A stretch of DNA of 64,000 bases from Auanema rhodensis (Eukaryota; Animalia; Nematoda), in NCBI GenBank assembly GCA_964057225.1, contig CAXKVF010000074.1:558001-622000 (forward strand). Reading direction: 5' to 3'. Positions 55,901 through 64,000 of this stretch are shown in pieces; position 1 is the stretch's first letter, and the number at the start of each line of letters is the position of its first letter. The notes under the pieces are model-generated. The model did not search any database. It worked only from the letters and a program-made list of their open reading frames with translations, and had not been told where the DNA came from. The translations under genes were made by a program, and so were the position numbers.

Positions 55901-58900
55901 GGTATGTAACTCGCTTCACGTGAAAGATAAAGAGATGCGGTTTTCAAAATTAGATTGCCCATGTCCATATTAGTCTAAAAACAAATTTTAATTGATATTG
56001 GTTCATGGTAACCATGACTTTGAAATTTACGTGAACTTTAATTTATGCTAATTAAATGTACACGTGATGTGCACTTGGTATGTAACTCGCTTCACGTGAA
56101 AGATAAAGAGATGCGGTTTTCAAAATTAGATTCCCCATGTCCATATTAGTCTAAAAACAAATTTTTATTGATATTGGTGCATGGTAACCATGACTTTGAA
56201 ATTTACGTGAACTTTAATTTATGCTAATTAAATGTACACGTGATGTGCACTTGGTATGTAACTCGCTTCACGTGAAAGATGAAGAGATGCGGTTTTCAAA
56301 ATTAGATTCCCCATGTCCATATTAGTCTAAAAACAAATTTTTATTGATATTGGTGCATGGTAACCATGACTTTGAAATTTTCGTGAACTTTAATTTATGC
56401 TAATTAAATGTACACGTGATGTGCACTTGGTATGTAACTCGCTTCACGTGAAAGATAAAGAGATGCGGTTTTCAAAATTAGATTCCCCATGTCCATATTA
56501 TTCTAAAAACAAATTTTTATTGATATTGGTGCATGGTAACCATGACTTTGAAATTTACGTGAACTTTAATTTATGCTAATTAAATGTACACGTGATGTGC
56601 ACTTGGTATGTAACTTGCTTCACGTGAAAGATAAAGAGATGCGGTTTTCAAAATTAGATTCCCCATGTCCATATTAGTCTAAAAACAAATTTTTATTGAT
56701 ATTGGTGCATGGTAACCATGACTTTGAAATTTACGTGAACTTTAATTTATGCTAATTAAATGTACACTTGATGTGCACTTGGTATGTAACTCGCTTCACG
56801 TGAAAGATAAAGAAATGCGGTTTTCAAAATTAGATTCCCCATGTCCATATTAGTCTAAAAACAAATTTTTATTGATATTGGTGCATGGTAACCATGACTT
56901 TGAAATTTACGTGAACTTTAATTTATGCTAATTAAATGTACACGTGATGTGGACTTGGTATGTAACTCGCTTCACGTGAAAGATAAAGAGATGCGGTTTT
57001 TAAAATTAGATTCCCCATGTCCATATTAGTCTAAAAACAAATTTTTATTGATATTGGTGCATGGTAACCATGACTTTGAAATTTACGTGAACTTTAATTT
57101 ATGCTAATTAAATGTACACTTGATGTGCACTTGGTATGTAACTCGCTTCACGTGAAAGATAAAGAAATGCGGTTTTCAAAATTAGATTCCCCATGTCCAT
57201 ATTAGTCTAAAAACAAATTTTTATTGATATTGGTGCATGGTAACCATGACTTTGAAATTTACGTGAATTTTAATTTATGCTAATTAAATGTACACTTGAT
57301 GTGCACTTGGTATGTAACTCGCTTCACGTGAAAGATGAAGAGATGCGGTTTTCAAAATTAGATTTCCCATGTCCATATTAGTCTAAAAACAAATTTTTAT
57401 TGATATTGGTGCATGGTAACCATGACTTTGAAATTTACGTGAACTTTAATTTATGCTAATTAAATGTACACGTGATGTGCACTTGGTATGTAACTCGCTT
57501 CACGTGAAAGATAAAGAGATGCGGTTTTCAAAATAAGATTCCCCATGTCCATATTAGTCTAAAAACAAATTTTTATTGATATTGCTTCATGGTAACCATG
57601 ACTTTGAAATTTACGTGAACTTTAATTTATGCTAATTAAATGTACACGTGATGTGCACTTGGTATGTAACTCGCTTCACGTGAAAGATAAAGAGATGCGG
57701 TTTTCAAAATTAGATTCCCCATGTCCATATTAGTCTAAAAACAAATTTTTATTGATATTGGTGCATGGTAACCATGACTTTGAAATTTACGTGAACTTTA
57801 ATTTATGCTAATTAAATGTACACGTGATGTGCACTTGGTATGTAACTCGCTTCACGTGAAAGATAAAGAGATGCGGTTTTCAAAATTAGATTCCCCATGT
57901 CCATATTAGTCTAAAAACAAATTTTTATTGATATTGGTGCATGGTAACCATGACTTTGAAATTTACGTGAACTTTAATTTATGCTAATTAAATGTACACG
58001 TGATGTGCACTTGGTATGTAACTCGCTTCACGTGAAAGATGAAGAGATGCGGTTTTCAAAATTAGATTCCCCATGTCCATATTAGTCTAAAAACAAATTT
58101 TTATTGATATTGGTTCATGGTAACCATGACTTTGAAATTTACGTGAACTTTAATTTATGCTAATTAAATGTACACGTGATGTGCACTTGGTATGTAACTC
58201 GCTTCACGTGAAAGATGAAGAAATGCGGTTTTCAAAATTAGATTCCCCATGTCCATATTAGTCTAAAAACAAATTTTTATTGATATTGGTGCATGGTAAC
58301 CATGACTTTGAAATTTTCGTGAACTTTAATTTATGCTAATTAAATTTAGACGTGATGTGCACTTGGTATGTAACTCGCTTCACGTGAAAGATGAAGAGAT
58401 GCGGTTTTCAAAATTAGATTCCCCATGTCCATATTAGTCTAAAAACAAATTTTTATTGATATTGGTGCATGGTAACCATGACTTTGAAATTTACGTGAAC
58501 TTTAATTTATGCTAATTAAATGTACACGTGATGTGCACTCGGTATGTAACTCGCTTCACGTGAAAGATTAAGAGATGCGGTTTTCAAAATTAGATTCCTC
58601 ATGTCCATATTAGTCTAAAAACAAATTTTTATTGATATTGGTGCATGGTAACCATGACTTTGAAATTTACGTGAACTTTAATTTATGCTAATTAAATGTA
58701 CACGTGATGTGCACTTGGTATGTAACTCGCTTCACGTGAAAGATAAAGAGATGCGGTTTTCAAAATTAGATTGCCCATGTCCATATTAGTCTAAAAACGA
58801 ATTTTTATTGATATTGGTTCATGGTAACCATGACTTTGAAATTTACGTGAACTTTAATTTATGCTAATTAAATGTACACGTGATGTGCACTTGGTATGTA

Positions 58901-61200
58901 ACTCGCTTCACGTGAAAGATAAAGAGATACGGTTTTCAAAATTAGATTCCCCATGTCCATATTAGTCTAAAAACAAATTTTTATTGATATTGGTGCATGG
59001 TAACCGTGACTTTGAAATTTACGTGAACTTTAATTTATGCTAATTAAATGTACACGTGATGTGCACTTGGTATGTAACTCGCTTCACGTGAAAGATAAAG
59101 AGATGCGGTTTTCAAAATTAGATTGCCCATGTCCATATTAGTCTAAAAACAAATTTTAATTGATATTGGTTCATGGTAACCATGACTTTGAAATTTACGT
59201 GAACTTTAATTTATGCTAATTAAATGTACACGTGATGTGCACTTGGTATGTAACTCGCTTCACGTGAAAGATAAAGAGATGCGGTTTTCAAAATTAGATT
59301 CCCCATGTCCATATTAGTCTAAAAACAAATTTTTATTGATATTGGTGCATGGTAACCATGACTTTGAAATTTACGTGAACTTTAATTTATGCTAATTAAA
59401 TGTACACGTGATGTGCACTTGGTATGTAACTCGCTTCACGTGAAAGATAAAGAGATGCGGTTTTCAAAATTAGATTCCCCATGTCCATATTAGTCTAAAA
59501 ACGAATTTTTATTGATATTGGTGCATGGTAACCACGACTTTGAAATTTACGTGAACTTTAATTTATGCTAATTAAATGTACACGTGATGTGCACTTGGTA
59601 TGTAACTCGCTTCACGTGAAAGATAAAGAGATGCGGTTTTCAAAATTAGATTCCCCATGTCCATATTGGTCTAAAAACAAATTTTTATTGATATTGGTTC
59701 ATGGTAACCATGACTTTGAAATTTACGTGAACTTTAATTTATGCTAATTAAATGTACACGTGATGTGCACTTGGTATGTAACTCGCTTCACGTGAAAGAT
59801 AAAGAGATGCGGTTTTCGAAATTAGATTCCCCATGTCCATATTAGTCTAAAAACAAATTTTTATTGATATTGGTGCATGGTAACCATGACTTTGAAATTT
59901 ACGTGAACTTTAATTTATGCTAATTAAATGTACACGTGATGTGCACTTGGTATGTAACTCGCTTCACGTGAAAGATGAAGAGATGCGGTTTTCAAAGTTA
60001 GATTCCCCATGTCCATATTAGTCTAAAAACAAATTTTTATTGATATTGGTGCATGGTAACCATGACTTTGAAATTTACGTGAACTTTAATTTATGCTAAT
60101 TAAATGTACACGTGATGTGCACTTGGTATGTAACTCGCTTCACGTGAAAGATAAAGAGATGCGGTTTTCAAAATTAGATTCCCCATGTCCATATTAGTCA
60201 AAAAACAAATTTTTATTGATATTGGTGCATGGTAACCATGACTTTGAAATTTACGTGAACTTTAATTTATGCTAATTAAATGTACACGTGATGTGCACTT
60301 GGTATGTAACTCGCTTCACGTGAAAGATAAAGAGATGCGGTTTTCAAAATTAGATTGCCCATGTCCATATTAGTCTAAAAACAAATTTTAATTGATATTG
60401 GTTCATGGTAACCATGACTTTGAAATTTACGTGAACTTTAATTTATGCTAATTAAATGTACACGTGATGTGCACTTGGTATGTAACTCGCTTCACGTGAA
60501 AGATAAAGAGATGCGGTTTTCAAAATTAGATTCCCCATGTCCATATTAGTCTAAAAACAAATTTTTATTGATATTGGTGCATGGTAACCATGACTTTGAA
60601 ATTTACGTGAACTTTAATTTATGCTAATTAAATGTACACGTGATGTGCACTTGGTATGTAACTCGCTTCACGTGAAAGATGAAGAGATGCGGTTTTCAAA
60701 ATTAGATTCCCCATGTCCATATTAGTCTAAAAACAAATTTTTATTGATATTGGTGCATGGTAACCATGACTTTGAAATTTTCGTGAACTTTAATTTATGC
60801 TAATTAAATGTACACGTGATGTGCACTTGGTATGTAACTCGCTTCACGTGAAAGATAAAGAGATGCGGTTTTCAAAATTAGATTCCCCATGTCCATATTA
60901 GTCTAAAAACAAATTTTTATTGATATTGGTGCATGGTAACCATGACTTTGAAATTTACGTGAACTTTAATTTATGCTAATTAAATGTACACGTGATGTGC
61001 ACTTGGTATGTAACTTGCTTCACGTGAAAGATAAAGAGATGCGGTTTTCAAAATTAGATTCCCCATGTCCATATTAGTCTAAAAACAAATTTTTATTGAT
61101 ATTGGTGCATGGTAACCATGACTTTGAAATTTACGTGAACTTTAATTTATGCTAATTAAATGTACACTTGATGTGCACTTGGTATGTAACTCGCTTCACG
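53000..61200. repeat. 25-monomer (4,400-bp) higher-order duplication (boundaries approximate)
   Basis: aatttagacgtg at ~53943 and ~58343; aacGa at 54399 and 58799; caaaGtta at 55597 and 59997. Confidence 0.88.
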
Positions 61201-64000
61201 TGAAAGATGAAGAGATGCGGTTTTCAAAATTAGATTCCCCATGTCCATATTAGTCTAAAAACAAATTTTTATTGATATTGGTGCATGGTAACCATGACTT
61301 TGAAATTTACGTGAGCTTTAATTTATGCTAATTAAATGTGCACGTGATGTGCACTTGGTATGTAACTCGCTTCACGTGAAAGATAAAGAGATGCGGTTTT
61401 CAAAATTAGATTCCCCATGTCCATATTAGTCTAAAAACAAATTTTTATTGATATTGGTGCATGGTAACCATGACTTTGAAATTTACGTGAACTTTAATTT
61501 ATGCTAATTAAATGTACACGTGATGTGCACTTGGTATGTAACTCGCTTCACGTGAAAGATGAAGAGATGCGGTTTTCAAAGTTAGATTCCCCATGTCCAT
61601 ATTAGTCTAAAAACAAATTTTTATTGATATTGGTGCATGGTAACCATGACTTTGAAATTTACGTGAACTTTAATTTATGCTAATTAAATGTACACGTGAT
61701 GTGCACTTGGTATGTAACTCGCTTCACGTGAAAGATAAAGAGATGCGGTTTTCAAAATTAGATTCCCCATGTCCATATTAGTCAAAAAACAAATTTTTAT
61801 TGATATTGGTGCATGGTAACCATGACTTTGAAATTTACGTGAACTTTAATTTATGCTAATTAAATGTACACGTGATGTGCACTTGGTATGTAACTCGCTT
61901 CACGTGAAAGATAAAGAGATGCGGTTTTCAAAATTAGATTGCCCATGTCCATATTAGTCTAAAAACAAATTTTAATTGATATTGGTTCATGGTAACCATG
62001 ACTTTGAAATTTACGTGAACTTTAATTTATGCTAATTAAATGTACACGTGATGTGCACTTGGTATGTAACTCGCTTCACGTGAAAGATAAAGAGATGCGG
62101 TTTTCAAAATTAGATTGCCCATGTCCATATTAGTCTAAAAACAAATTTTAATTGATATTGGTTCATGGTAACCATGACTTTGAAATTTACGTGAACTTTA
62201 ATTTATGCTAATTAAATGTACACGTGATGTGCACTTGGTATGTAACTCGCTTCACGTGAAAGATAAAGAGATGCGGTTTTCAAAATTAGATTCCCCATGT
62301 CCATATTAGTCTAAAAACAAATTTTTATTGATATTGGTGCATGGTAACCATGACTTTGAAATTTACGTGAACTTTAATTTATGCTAATTAAATGTACACG
62401 TGATGTGCACTTGGTATGTAACTCGCTTCACGTGAAAGATGAAGAGATGCGGTTTTCAAAATTAGATTCCCCATGTCCATATTAGTCTAAAAACAAATTT
62501 TTATTGATATTGGTGCATGGTAACCATGACTTTGAAATTTTCGTGAACTTTAATTTATGCTAATTAAATGTACACGTGATGTGCACTTGGTATGTAACTC
62601 GCTTCACGTGAAAGATAAAGAGATGCGGTTTTCAAAATTAGATTCCCCATGTCCATATTAGTCTAAAAACAAATTTTTATTGATATTGGTGCATGGTAAC
62701 CATGACTTTGAAATTTACGTGAACTTTAATTTATGCTAATTAAATGTACACGTGATGTGCACTTGGTATGTAACTTGCTTCACGTGAAAGATAAAGAGAT
62801 GCGGTTTTCAAAATTAGATTCCCCATGTCCATATTAGTCTAAAAACAAATTTTTATTGATATTGGTGCATGGTAACCATGACTTTGAAATTTACGTGAAC
62901 TTTAATTTATGCTAATTAAATGTACACTTGATGTGCACTTGGTATGTAACTCGCTTCACGTGAAAGATGAAGAGATGCGGTTTTCAAAATTAGATTCCCC
63001 ATGTCCATATTAGTCTAAAAACAAATTTTTATTGATATTGGTGCATGGTAACCATGACTTTGAAATTTACGTGAGCTTTAATTTATGCTAATTAAATGTG
63101 CACGTGATGTGCACTTGGTATGTAACTCGCTTCACGTGAAAGATAAAGAGATGCGGTTTTCAAAATTAGATTCCCCATGTCCATATTAGTCTAAAAACAA
63201 ATTTTTATTGATATTGGTGCATGGTAACCATGACTTTGAAATTTACGTGAACTTTAATTTATGCTAATTAAATGTACACGTGATGTGCACTTGGTATGTA
63301 ACTCGCTTCACGTGAAAGATGAAGAGATGCGGTTTTCAAAGTTAGATTCCCCATGTCCATATTAGTCTAAAAACAAATTTTTATTGATATTGGTGCATGG
63401 TAACCATGACTTTGAAATTTACGTGAACTTTAATTTATGCTAATTAAATGTACACGTGATGTGCACTTGGTATGTAACTCGCTTCACGTGAAAGATAAAG
63501 AGATGCGGTTTTCAAAATTAGATTCCCCATGTCCATATTAGTCAAAAAACAAATTTTTATTGATATTGGTGCATGGTAACCATGACTTTGAAATTTACGT
63601 GAACTTTAATTTATGCTAATTAAATGTACACGTGATGTGCACTTGGTATGTAACTCGCTTCACGTGAAAGATAAAGAGATGCGGTTTTCAAAATTAGATT
63701 GCCCATGTCCATATTAGTCTAAAAACAAATTTTAATTGATATTGGTTCATGGTAACCATGACTTTGAAATTTACGTGAACTTTAATTTATGCTAATTAAA
63801 TGTACACGTGATGTGCACTTGGTATGTAACTCGCTTCACGTGAAAGATAAAGAGATGCGGTTTTCAAAATTAGATTCCCCATGTCCATATTAGTCTAAAA
63901 ACAAATTTTTATTGATATTGGTGCATGGTAACCATGACTTTGAAATTTACGTGAACTTTAATTTATGCTAATTAAATGTACACGTGATGTGCACTTGGTA
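59950..64000. repeat. 9/10-monomer higher-order repeat (boundaries approximate)
   Basis: caaaGtta at 59997, 61581 and 63341 (1,584 and 1,760 bp); gtgaGctt at 61315 and 63075. Confidence 0.85.

Larger units (their letters stand above)
52193..64000. repeat. 176-bp tandem satellite array, right arm (~67 monomers; same orientation; continues beyond window end)
   Basis: Resumes at monomer position 121 (tgatgtgcac) at 52193. The same base recurs at 63985 = 52193+67x176. Confidence 0.99.

Noticed and set aside
1509-59747. Six 60-aa ORFs (MLIKCTRDVH...) at 1509, 3269, 6965, 7141, 56397 and 59565
   Set aside because: They arise only where a SNP removes the consensus TAG (to TGG or TAT) in a satellite monomer. 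The unit length is not a multiple of 3 and no domain is recognisable, so these are chance ORFs.
1-64000. CRISPR array or prokaryotic RT system (retron, DGR, group II intron, RT plus repeat array)
   Set aside because: There are no unique spacers and no cas or accessory genes. The RT has eukaryotic non-LTR motifs, a poly(A) tail and 5' truncation, and splits a monomer.

Overview
Eukaryotic, most likely animal, satellite DNA. About 62 kb of the window is one head-to-tail array of a 176-bp monomer (~32% GC; ~286 copies left and ~67 right of a single interruption). Copies differ almost only by point substitutions, and the 176-bp phase is kept exactly across both arms. The only non-satellite sequence is a 1,912-bp, 5'-truncated, apparently young non-LTR retrotransposon at 50281-52192 on the minus strand. 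It has a CR1-group RT with an uninterrupted frame, a ~470-nt structured 3' UTR, AATAAA and a poly(A) tail, and essentially no target-site duplication. Diagnostic SNPs show it landed in a rare monomer variant whose empty paralogue lies 15 monomers upstream. Shared SNPs reveal nested local higher-order duplications (3, 5, 9-11, 15, 16, 21, 24 and 25 monomers) and a turnover of variants around the LINE. The monomer is rich in palindromes and carries three ACGTG/E-box motifs spaced 32-33 bp apart. No host genes, RNA genes or CRISPR arrays are supported. I do not see a clearly novel molecular system; the best lead is a possibly satellite-targeting CR1-like LINE in a centromere-like (or complex-telomere-like) array. 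All SNP tallies were made by eye.
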